From contig CM060734.1 in assembly GCA_030704615.1 (NCBI GenBank), positions 59,582,001 to 59,646,000 of the forward strand: a DNA stretch of 64,000 nt, given 5' to 3'. The notes under the pieces were generated by a model. It saw only the letters and a program-made list of their open reading frames with translations, did not search any database and was not told where the DNA came from. Every line of letters begins with the position of its first letter. Within the stretch, counting starts at the first letter, position 1. The position numbers and the translations under genes are program-made. This document shows positions 10,690 to 21,835 of this stretch, piece after piece. This stretch comes from Takakia lepidozioides. Its lineage: Eukaryota > Plantae > Bryophyta.

Positions 10690-12060
10690 CACCTGAAAGT
10701 CATACTCTTGAAGGATGAGTGCCCACCGTGCAAGCTTCCCCGTAAGCTTGTCTGACTCCATCAACCACTTGAGTGGTTGGTGATCCGTGACAAGGTGAAG
10801 AGATTGCCGTATAGATAGCACCTGAAGTGTGCCACGGCCCACACTGCAGCTAAGCATTCTCCCTCATATGAGCTATACTTAGACTCTGCAGCATTGTTCG
10901 AGCGGCTAGCATAAGCCACTACGAACTCTCTTCCCTCATCATCCACCTGTGTGAGCACCGCTCCAAGCCCCAGCATGCTCCAATCTGTATGCAGCTGAAA
11001 AGGACGCCCCCTGATAGGTCGTCTCAAGATGGGCGCCGAGGTCAACCTCGCCTTGAGCTCTTGAAAAGCTTGTTCTTGCTCATCTTCCCACTGCCACTCC
11101 TGGTCCACCTTGGTCAGCTTGGTTAGAGCCTTTGCAATGGCACTAAATCCCTTAACAAACCGTCTGTAATAGTTTGCTAACCCCATGAAAGCTCGAACTC
11201 GGCTCACATCCGTGGGGCGTGGAACCTGTGCAATGGACTCTACCTTAGTCTGCTGTACCCCCAATCCTCCAGGATATATCATGTGACCCAGATACTCAAT
11301 CTGGTTGTGGAAAAACTTGCACTTGCCCGGATGTAACTTCAATCCGTGCGTCCTCAAGCGCTCAAATACCCCCTGAAGGTGTCTCATGCTCCTCCACCGT
11401 AGCACTAAAGATGATGATGTCATCTATGTAGCACCGAGCAAACTCCACCCCTGCTAGAATCCTGTCCATGACTCTTTGAAACTCAGCGGGAGCGTTTTTA
11501 AGCCCAAATGGTAAGAACCGCCACTGGTATAGGCAATCCTTCCCGTGCTCATTGATCCCCCAGAATGCCGTCTTTTGCTTATCCCTCCTTGATCGGCAAC
11601 TGGTGATATCCGGATCGTAAATCCAACGTGCTAAAGACCTTGGAATGCCCAATGGCATCAAAGATCTCCTCTGGTGTCGGCATGGCATACCTATCGGACT
11701 TGGTCTGACGATTTACAGGCCGGTAATCACCGCACATACGTCTCTCCGTCCAATTGCCATAGACATCCTTCTTGGCTGGCATCACTGTGGCTGAAGCATA
11801 CTCTCCACCAGAGAGCTCACCAAACCTGCCTCCCAGAGATCTTGAGTCCTCATCTGAATCAAGACCTCTCCATGTCACTGTATCTATAGGGTCTCCGAAA
11901 GATTGGCGTGTCAGTGGCCAACTCAATACGGATCTCTTGACCCTTCAGTGCTCCCAAGTCCTTCAAACTGAAGGCAAAGCAATTCCTGTAAGCCCTCAGG
12001 AACCGCCGTATACGTCGTCTCTCTCCTCCGGTGACAATGGGTCCAATGTCAGGCTCCCAA
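10690..12060 (-). CDS. Reverse transcriptase + RNase H (copy B; frameshifted)
   Basis: RMCGDYRPVN, LDLRSGYHQ, LPFGLKNAPAEFQ, YIDD; RNase H LHTDWS...GAVL, YASRS, TDHQPL. Confidence 0.95.
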
Positions 12061-12419
12061 TTGTCCTCCGTAACTGCAACCTTAAGTCCAGTGGGCTTAG
12101 AGGTAGAGGACGCGTCCCGTGGTTGCTATGCTGCAACCTCTTGAGCAGTACTCCCTTCCTGCTCAGTCAATGACAAGGCCTCATCCTGCCCCATCATCTC
12201 ATCATTGAGAACCTCCTCATCCCGAGAAGAATCCCCAACCTCATCCATCACAGCTGCCTTGGCTGCCAACTCCCTCTGAACCTCGAGCACCTCCCACGTG
12301 TGCCATGGATGTCTACACCCGTGGTCCTCACCGGCTCGCCCCCACTCGCTGCCTGTACCGTCTCGGTAGGCGAGAGACCGTCAAGGGAAGTGCACTCCGC
12401 ACTCTACGTTGCTCAGCCA

Positions 12420-13370
12420 TAGCCAAGCTGATAATCCAGGTCAAGCAATTGAGATCCATTGCTTGCCCCAACACCTGACGACGTGATGCCTCAGAAAGAG
12501 AAGGCACCGCCGTGGTCCCAGTGGAAAACCCATAGCCCGCTCTCGCTCGTCGGCATTAGGCTCCACTAACTGTTGCAACTGAGCATCCCACAGGAGGCCA
12601 GGTCCACCATCCCGAAAAGCATGGGATCCTGGGAAGCTGAGCAGTGTAGGTAATGCTGCTCGTGGTTGACCCACCCTGTTGACCACTGCCAAAGGCGAAC
12701 GGTCATCGTGTCTCACACGTTGAGACTGCCTCCCTGTGTCCAAAATGCCATCCACGTGAGGTGTGCTGGCCGCTGCACCCCATCAAATGCACGCTTGAGC
12801 AGTGCGGGTGGCATCAAGTTAGTCCACCATAGCCGTGGACGATGAGCCCGTGACCCCACTGCAGCTGCATCCAGCAACACTGCTGACCCAAGCCACGACC
12901 GGACTTGATGCACACTGGCCATCACCCTGGCCCGAGAATCACCCATCAGTGGCACATTCTCCAAGATGTATGCTGGAGATACAGCTTGATGAAGCTGCAA
13001 GTGGCGCAAAAATCCGCACCATCTCCCAAAACAGACCCGTCCTCGAGTCTCGCAATCCATTGCCATGCCCGGCTGATGAATGCCCTTGGCAGGGCCAACC
13101 TGCCACTACCAGATCAATGGAGCCAACCTGCTCCAAATCCTGCGCCCCCAGCAACGAAATGTCTGCTGGCAAGGCTTGTTGGTATCCACGAACTGCAGAC
13201 ACTGGCAACAAATCAGGGTACTGCTGTACCAACTGAGCAACATGGCGCAGTGAGACGCGTCGTGCAGTCTCATCCCTCTCCACATACAGGTAACGTCGAA
13301 CTCGTACACCTGCCTGCAGCACTGCAGCCAATCCAGTGCTGATCCCGCCAAACAAGTCCAGAAGGCAATG
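12420..13370 (-). CDS. C5 cytosine DNA methyltransferase domain, DNMT3-like (copy B; frameshifted)
   Basis: Motif I DLFGGISTG, II YVERD, IV GWPCQGHS, VI ILENV, VIII AHRPRLWWTNL, IX ERERAMGF, X RRQVLGQAMD, in canonical order. Confidence 0.93.
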
Positions 13371-13739
13371 CCTTCATCCGGCACTGCCACACAAGAGTGT
13401 GGTGTCCAATGGCGACAACTGAGGTGGTCCTGGTGCAATCACCGCACTCTCCTCCTCTCCTGACGGTACAAAAGCCTCTACCCAGGCTTGTTGCACCCGT
13501 CCATCAGCAGCCTGCTGCAAATCCTTGCTCGTACCCCACAATGGAGTGTGAGCAACCATGGCAGGCAACTCCGCCATACCATGCATGTCATCCTGCTCTG
13601 CTGGAGGTGGCACATCCTCTGCATGGGCATTGCCTTCCAGCAACTCTCCAGGCCAACTAACTGCAGCTGTAAAGGCGGCTAGTGTTGGCATCTTGCCCCG
13701 CTGGGCAGCCGCAATACCCCCAATGAATGTCACAGGGAG

Positions 13740-16310
13740 CTGTGCACGACGACCATCCCTGACTGCCATCCAGGCCTGTAGGATGCTGACTCCTCCCAAA
13801 AGTCCAGGGTGAAGCCCATGGGTATAACACTGCCCCACCAACGAGGACATCGTAAGAGACCGCGTCTGTCACAATGGCCTTGGCTCGCATCACTGAGCCA
13901 TCTATAGGATGATCTGTAGTCTAATGGCCAACTGATGCCGTGTCATGCCCCGAGCCTGCTCTGATCCTCCCAGAGATGTCTGTATCTGGAAAGGACAAGG
14001 CTCCATATCCGCCTCCATGAGGCCCAAACCTGCAATAGCAGCTCTGCCCAACATCAGTGGCTGAGCTCCCGAGTCCAACAAGACCCGCAGTGGCCGGTAC
14101 TTCTTGCCTGCCGGTCCACTCAAAGAGAAAATGCCATCCTGGTTGTCTAACAAGACAACTCCAGGTGTCACCATGGCGCGCTCAAAGGCTGGCCTAGCTG
14201 GCAGCTCCGTCAACCTGGCAGCTGCAGCTTGCCATGGCGCAGCCGTGGCAGTCTTGACCCTCAAATCCGAGGATCCCTCTGCCACTACACCTTCCAGTAA
14301 CTCCGCAGAAGATGAAGTGACCTCCCCACTCTCACAGAGTGTTGCTGCTAGTCTGAACACTGCAGCTGGTCTTACCCCCGGCGTCGCAATCATGGTTGCC
14401 GAGAACAGTGGGGCTTGACACACAGAGGTGGCTGCCCCCAATAACACACCGGCTGCACTAGCCTTGGTAGCAGGTGTCAGTGCTGCACGTGTAGCTCTCC
14501 CCAATGGCATAGTAACCTCCGCCTCGGTAACAGTCGGGCGAGAACTAGGTGCCATGGATGGCGTCGACACTGTCTCCGCCAATGTGAATGACTGAGGAAG
14601 CCTCGCCTGACGGCTTGCCTCCCCACGCTGTGGATCCAATTCCACCTCTGCACCTCGTGGCTCAGGAACTCGTGCTGCTCCTCGAGTCACGGCTGCAGCA
14701 GACTCCACCTGCTCTAGTGGTAGTGCTGCTCCGCACATGAATCCCATGCCTCCCATATCTCCTCCCTCAGGAGCAGGAGGTGGACCATCCCGCCTGGGAG
14801 CCGGTACCGCCTGAGCTATAGCCATGGCAGCGAGCCTCTGCTCTAGCTGCTGAAGCCGTTGGCCATGCCTTGGTCAACACCCTGACCTCCGCGTCCTTGG
14901 CCATGTTGAGCTTGCCCTTGGCCTGCACCTCGTGCCCGACCACCTCGTCCTCTGGGCTGGTCCACCTCGCCCCCGGCCACCATTGTTCCCTTGGAACTGG
15001 CCTGGGCGCAACTCAGGATGCAAGTCATAACACTGGGCATCTCCATGCCCATACTTGCCACAATGCCCACACTGCAACTGTGCAGGCTGTGCTTGTGCCG
15101 GCCTTTGCCACTCTCTGGGCAATCTCTCTTGACATGGGGTCCTCCACATGTCCAACATATCACCCCTGGTTGTGTTGGCCTGCAAAAGATGCCACGGGCC
15201 TCTGCACCTGAGGTCCCCTGTAAGCTCCATGGAACTTGGGTTGGGAAACCTTGCCCCCCTGACCACGCTGTTGGGCAGTCCCTTTGTGCCTGTGGGCTGG
15301 CAGCTGCGCCTCGTGCAGGCATGTCCTTGCCAAATCCAATGTAACAACTCGCTCCTCCACCATGTTGAGCTCAATCCGCTCAGCCAGCAGAAACACATCT
15401 GCTAATGTGGGTTGGGCTGCTTGTAACAGGGTTGCATCTCGCACCCTTCTCTTGAGCTCCTTGTCCAGAATTCCATACCAAAACTGGATTGCCTGAGCTT
15501 CAGTAACCCCTTGGGTCACACTTATCAAGCGCCTCATACGAGTGTACGCCTCTCGCAGGCTCTCACTGGGTTTGCGCTGGAAGTCTTGCAAACTTCGCAG
15601 CTTCTCTGTCCGTACACCTTGGTAGTTCCTCCGCAACTCCTGGAAGAACTCCACCACCGGGTTGAATCTAGGCACATGTGTTGTAGTCGTGGCAGGAGGA
15701 GTAGTAGCACCTTTTGAACTGGTACCACCTGCAGAAGTACCGGCACTACTTGCTCCACTACTAGTGCTGGCAGTGGGAGATATTGGTACTGATGCAGCTA
15801 CTGGTCGCGTCGTGCCTCGAGTAATGGAGACGTAGTCAGGTGACCAATACATCCTCCACTCCTCAATCTCTGCTTCATGTCCTCGCCTGAACTCGTGGTA
15901 ATCGTCCATAGGCGGGCCTTCCAAATGCTGGAACAGTCCCTTCCACGCCATGAATGGGGTGAATAGCTGTGGATTGCGCATCTGCTGCAAATCACACCAG
16001 CTGTCGAACTCCTGGATAAAGTCATCCAACTCGATTGTGCCCACAGCTCCAGAGTACCTACGAGGCCCCTTGGTAGCTCCATACATCTCCTCCATGTCGT
16101 CCCACAACAATGGCGAATGAAACTGCACACCTGTTGATGAAGCCTCCGAGTCTGTGTCTGACTCTGCACTAGTTGAGGGTGGGGTGAAGGTGGTCTGAAA
16201 CGAATACCTCGTCTGTGAACCCACTCTCACTGTTACTGCTGTAGCCGTACTCCCCTCAAAATCCCTTGGGTAACTCCGTAATGACACTCACAATGTGCAC
16301 CTCCTCCACG
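13740..16310 (-). CDS. Gag, two zinc knuckles and aspartic protease (copy B; frameshifted)
   Basis: ORFs 15160..16287 (gag core), 14843..15322 and 14874..15398 (CWTCGGPHVKRDC, CGHCGKYGHGDAQC), 13902..14825 (LLDSGAQPLM). Confidence 0.88.
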
Positions 16311-16824
16311 TGACACTATAAGGCTCTAGTACTAATCTAATAGTGACACGGGTGGCACCTGTTGCAGTTAAGGGTCATATCCCAATGGCTCAGGGCACCT
16401 GCACCTGCATCCACCGCAAGAACTCCTATGGTTGGCTGGTCATCAACCCAGCCTCACCATAGAAGAAACACTGGTGGTCTTGCTGGTCATCACTCCAGCC
16501 TCACCACCGACAGCATACTCTAGGATTGACCGGTGATCAAATCCGGCCTAATCCCTATGAAAGCAAGCGCCCACACAAAACCAACATGGCGCACAGTCAA
16601 GCATGCAGGTGTTGGGGGGATCCAAACACAAGAAATCAAAACATCAACACCCCCACACCAAAATCCAGCTGCAATGCTGATCCTGCAGAATATCCCAGCC
16701 CAAAACCCCGGACTGACTGGCCTCCACCAAGAGAGGCTTTGGCAACTACAAGTACAAGGTAATGAAAATAGTACAGAGATGGAGGGGAAGAATAGAAGCC
16801 CGCCAAGCAAGATCTAATCCTGAT

Positions 16825-17567
16825 CTATGCTATCAACTGCCAGACTTCTCTCAAAGTGCCTCGCTCTGCATGATGGTAAGGTGTAGGAGGTATATCTATG
16901 TCCAGAAACCTGCCACTAACCTTGTCCCAAGCTACAGTAGCTCGCTCTAACCAACCCTCCTCCTCTTTCTGCCAGGTAGAGACAAAGCAACACTCCTATC
17001 TCCCGCTCACTGAACACTAAAAAACAAAAGGTAGGGTCTGATAGTCTCTCAACTCGAAAGCTTTGAGACGGTTGCGGGTGTCCTCATTGCGAATGACTGC
17101 ATCTCCTTCAACAGAACAAACTTGTCCTTGCTAATGAACCCCCGCTCGTGGTTGCCTTGTGCAGAGCGTGTCCGGCTGCAACATGTCTGATTGCACAAAC
17201 TTGTGTAGCTCCTGCTCCTCTATCCAGTACACCACGGCCTTGTGGCTGAACACCTTGGTCCCCGGGGCTGTCTTTGGCTGTGTTCCAAGCCTAGCTTTCA
17301 CCCACTTTGGTATTTCACCTACAGCTGCAGAACTGCTGGCTCCAACAGAGTTCTGACTGTCCAAGGCGATATTGAGGCCCTCAATGCCAACTACAGCAGT
17401 CTGTTGTCTACTGCTAATGCCTGACTCCCAGTATGCAATCAACTCGTCCAACTGTTCTCCACTCAAATCAGTCTGAGTTCCTTGGAAAACATAAATCTGT
17501 CCCCTTGTGTGCACAGGCTAAGAGAAGAGACCTGCCCTTCAATTACGTCCTCATTTCCCCCAGCCAT
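16825..17567 (-). CDS. Conserved extra ORF (ORF0, ~245 aa) upstream of gag, frameshifted
   Basis: MAGGNEDVIEGQVSSL...ELIAYWESG...WLERATVAWDK...VWQLIA*; homologous ORF pieces at 51390-52133 in copy C. Confidence 0.6.
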
Positions 17568-18050
17568 ACAAGGAGTACATCCACAGATTTGTCTCTAATA
17601 TAGACCAGCACAGGTTCTAGAAACAGGATTGTGGATCTTTCATGGCACACTCACACTCTAAAAATTCCATAGATTTTTAGCAGAGTCCCAAAAACAGAAA
17701 CCAGGTCTAGATAGGTAGATTTCCCCTTTCTGCAGCTATCCCTCAAAAACTGAGTCAAACGGAGCTCATTTGACAAAGATATGACCAACCAGCTCTTTAA
17801 ACATTTAAATTAGATCAAAAAGGCTTTTTTTTTTTTTTTTAACACCAAAACGCTTTTGCCATTACAACCTGTTCCCAGGTTATCTACGAGTTCCCAAGGT
17901 CGTTCCCCTCCAGGATTCTCCAGGCACCAAGAGCTCGTTAATTCCAAAACTCGACCTCAGTTGGGTGGGGTATCACACCCTGGAGGCGACTTGCTTTTCT
18001 CTACGCGTGGGCCTGCCTCCTCGAGCTTTCACGACGGCACGGCAGCAGCC

Positions 18051-18155
18051 ATGTTTACGGCACGCAGGAAGATTCAGAAGGAGAAGGGGCTCGAGCCTGA
18101 TGAGTTCAAAGAGGCTGTAGCCCAGGCCTTATTCGACCTAGAGACTACAAACTAG
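18051..18155 (+). pseudogene. RPS7: Captured 5' fragment of a 40S ribosomal protein S7 (eS7) gene
   Basis: [34 protein letters not shown] matches the plant eS7 N-terminus; preceded by a plausible 5'UTR and start context GCAGCCATG. Confidence 0.85.
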
Positions 18156-19763
18156 GAATTGGGGCGATTTCAAGAGCAGATGCACTGCGCAACACCTTCA
18201 ACCAGCGGCAGTCGCGCGGCACCTTCATGGCTTATGGACAGGCGGCCTGCTGTGATGTGGCCGTCTTTGCATGGAATCCAAAGCCAAGACCAGCTTGAAG
18301 TTCCATCAACTTGGTCTTATTCGCATCTCTCGCCAACGATTATTGTTGGCTTAGAATGGTTTCCGCCTTCCTGTTACTGCTCGTGTTTGCTTCAGTGTGC
18401 AATTTACAGGTCAGGGATCGGCAACAACAGGCACCAGATTGCCCCGTCACCACCCCCACAAGGCACAGACAACTTCACTGCCAGGAAAAAGAAAGTGAAC
18501 CATGCTCAGCATGTAGACCCAAGGCCTGGGTCCATCTGCATCAGCTCCAGTATAAGAGAGACAATCATATAGTTATCAAGTCTCTACAGGAATTTGCGAT
18601 TGCCTCAGTAAAGTGGAACTCAATCTGCAGCCTCCTTCCGCCGCCTCTCCATCAACCCTTGGAGGCTCTCGTCCGCTGGCCTCATCCGTCAGCATTGCTT
18701 CTCCTGCTACGAGTCTTCGCATTTCCTCCCCTGCTCGCCTGTGCAGAAGTAAGACCCTTGACGCCGAAATGACAGTAGAGGCAAGTGATCAGTTGGAAGT
18801 GTTCAATGATGAGACAAATAGAGCTGGAGCTCCTTGACCTGTATCGCCACAATCTTGGACTCGGGCAGTGTGCTGAGTTGAAAGTTGGGTTGTGAACCAC
18901 CATTCGACTTTCCACCAGTTTCCACCTCAAAATGGTGGAACCAAGGTGCAAGGCAGCAACAGCTACTTGGCTTTGTACAAACCTGAAGCACTTAAAAAAA
19001 AACGACTTTGCACCTTGCACTCCCCGAAATCAACAATGCCCCAACAACCCTTTTTGTCAGAAAGTTGGTTGCTTATGCAGATAATCGACCAGGTGAAAGC
19101 AGCTTTCCCAGCCACAATCACAAGTAGCATGAAGATTTGTGAGACTCCTGGTTTTGCAGTGTTGATGATATGCCAGCAATGGGCTCCCCGTTCTCCATCG
19201 CTTTGCTGCTAGGCTTTCTCTCTCGGGGCCTGCACCTTCAACCAGCTCGCTGCGCCGTGCTCTACCTGCCGGCGCTGCATTTACTGGAGGGAGCAGATTT
19301 ACAGCTCCTCCTTCAACTGGCTCCGCTACACCAGCTCCACTTGCTCTTCCGCTGCCTTTCCTGACCGCTTCTGGTCTGTCCTGGTTTGAATTTAACACTG
19401 GTCTGTGCACATCGAACTAAGGCGAGCAGCCCGGCCATCTCCAAGCACGGAAGTTCTACCCATCTGCTCGATCACAGGCTCCTCCTTTAAGTCTCGCACT
19501 TGGTCAGTTTCCCAACGGCCAATCGTTGCTACTCCACGATGTCTCCTTACCGACCAAAACGAAGGCTGCTTCCATGCAGTGTAGCTCCATCATGCCCGGC
19601 GGCCTCATGCCAGAACCAACGCTGATCGAAACCTGCATATTTTGTTTTTTTTTTTTTTTTCTAAGCTTCTAAAACTAAGCACTACTTACACACAGGTAAT
19701 CGTACAAGTGCTAACCCTCAACTCCTACCTTGCACTCACAGGTAAGAGGTCATCTCTCTCGAG

Positions 19764-20119
19764 TGATAAGAAAGCTTGAAAGGACATACACTCCCAACAC
19801 AAGAAATATAAAATCCATCGCTATCACTCATTGAAACTGAAGTCGAGCCAGGGGCACCCCAAGCTATGGGGACTCCACCCCACAACAACCTGTACCCCTA
19901 CATAAGCACACTCAAACCTAAACACATGCAGGAGCTCGGTCGCGCAGGCTCAACTCGAGAAAGATGAGCCGCGCGACTGCCGCTCTCGTGAAGATAAGAC
20001 GGACCAGGTGTCAAACTAAACTTGACACCTGATTTAACACTTGACCTAAATCCAAGTGTTAAATACAAATAACTAGTTTTATTCTAGCTGTTTTCACACT
20101 GTGCTTATTTAACTTGACA
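19764..20119 (-). repeat. 5' terminal repeat X of copy B
   Basis: Direct repeat of 8316-8659; TG...CA ends; no Y unit beyond it. Confidence 0.9.
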
Positions 20120-21835
20120 CCTTGCGGTGGGGGTGGCTCCACAAGGGGTGGTGGTAGCTTAGCGGGACTTAGTGGGGGTGGCATAGGACTCACCATGGGG
20201 GCGGAGACCTCGTGGTGGGAGTCGTGGGGAGTCTTGGGACTCATCACGGTCCATAGGGGCCGTGGTGAGTGGGCCAAGACTCACCGCGACTCATCACCGG
20301 GAGTCGAGGGTTTTCGTGGTGGTTCGCCATAAAATGGCATGGCTGGTTGTGAAACCCCCACGGACAACTACAGAAGTATATATAGGGAGTAGTAACCCCG
20401 AGAACGGTGCAAGCCCGTTGGTGACCAAAAACTAGTGAGTAAGCGAGCGAGCCGGAAAGCGACCAAAGAGTGGGGAGCTGTTCCGGACTGCCAACTACCA
20501 AAGGGAATTCCCGCTGGTTCCAAATCGGTGGAGGGTTCTTTGGGAGATCAAAGGGGGACCGTTATGCCCCGGTGAGCAGCCGAAGCTCCAAGTTGGCCCG
20601 GCGGCCAGGTTGGGAGTTAGGCACGCGCATCAAAGCGAGTAACTATGACTTGAAGGGGAGCTTACCGAAGTGAGGTGCGCGACACTGGTGGCAAGAAATG
20701 CCTAAACCAGAATTATACTCCATTCAGCGCACATGTAAAGGGTCGGATGATAACTCAGAATCCCAGTTTGGAGATAATGAGACGAATACATGACTATCTT
20801 GCGAGTTTCAACTTTCTTGGAGGTAGTTTCCAGTTTCTCTGGTGTCACAACTGCCTTCAAGCTAAAGCAAGGAATTAAGCCCACTCGCAAATGCAGAATG
20901 TCTCCCTCATCTGCGTGGGGAAAATGGGGTTTGGCATGATATGATTGTAGTTCACAACCAAAGGGCATATCCTTCAGCCTTGACGTCTTTGCGATCTTCT
21001 TCTGTGACGCCTTCTTCATAACTTGTGAAATGGAAAAGCAGCTACACATCAAATTATTGCAAGGCCACTCAATGGCACTATGAACGTTTCGAGCATGCTG
21101 TCAGAAAACTAGACGGGCAAAAACCCAATTCAGCAGCCTCACCTTGCGTGGATACTTGGGAATGGATGCCAGAAGGGCATGCCCGTATGCGCGCTCCATT
21201 GTGCCTCCATCCAGCACATTCTGTAAATGTTGAATGACCAAGACCTCGATGTCACACCCTTCTGAGAAGCCACTACGCGCGCTCACAGTATACGAAGGCC
21301 TTGCCGTGTCAGGATTCGCATTCCCACTTCCCGCCATGTCCGACGCAGCACTTGCAGCCCTGTCTCTACCAAGTGGAGGCAGCACGTATTAAAATATCTA
21401 TTCCCCCAAGGCCACATTTTGTTTACCTCTTTTTGTGAAAGCCACGTCAGCAAGTGTGCTGCCGAATCATAAGTGCAATGAATGCGCAGTGGTTCATGGA
21501 GTCGTTGAGTCGACTACATATTCACTTTAATGAATAATTATCTTTATTCCATTAATCGAATTAGGAAAGAAAATTTGTAGTCGCATGTGCAGTAATTACA
21601 ACCACTTGTAATTTTGGCTTTTTCAAATTTTATGTATTTATGCAATTCGTAAAATAGCCCGGAATTCTGCTACAACTCCGGAGTCGTTGACCCCACTTCT
21701 GTCCGCCGTCTGAAATGCCCCTATGGGCCCACATTGTCCGTTTCGACTCTCCAGTAGTCCCGTTTACTACCAAGTGGTTCCCGGAGTGGTCGCGGACATG
21801 CAGTTGATTCGGAAAAGACACGAATGCTTCTAGTG

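Larger units (their letters stand above)
8242..20119 (-). mobile_element. DNMT-carrying Ty3/Gypsy retrotransposon, copy B (all domains present)
   Basis: Gag, PR, C5-MTase, RT, RH, INT and PHD in order. Terminal repeats: Y' 8242-8315, X 8316-8659, Y 8662-8746, X 19764-20119. Confidence 0.93.

Noticed and set aside
12420-13370. Bacterial restriction-modification methyltransferase or contamination
   Set aside because: Embedded between retroviral protease and RT in three copies, within intron-containing plant DNA; motifs are DNMT3-like.
8242-20119. DIRS/PAT/Ngaro tyrosine-recombinase element (because of split repeats and a methyltransferase)
   Set aside because: No tyrosine recombinase seen; protease and DDE integrase are present, copy C has a TSD, and the methyltransferase is C5-type rather than the DAM-like domain of DIRS.
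20120-21835. CACTA or Helitron insertion truncating copy E (ends ...CTTCTAGTG)
   Set aside because: No matching second TIR or TSD and only a weak hairpin; class cannot be assigned.
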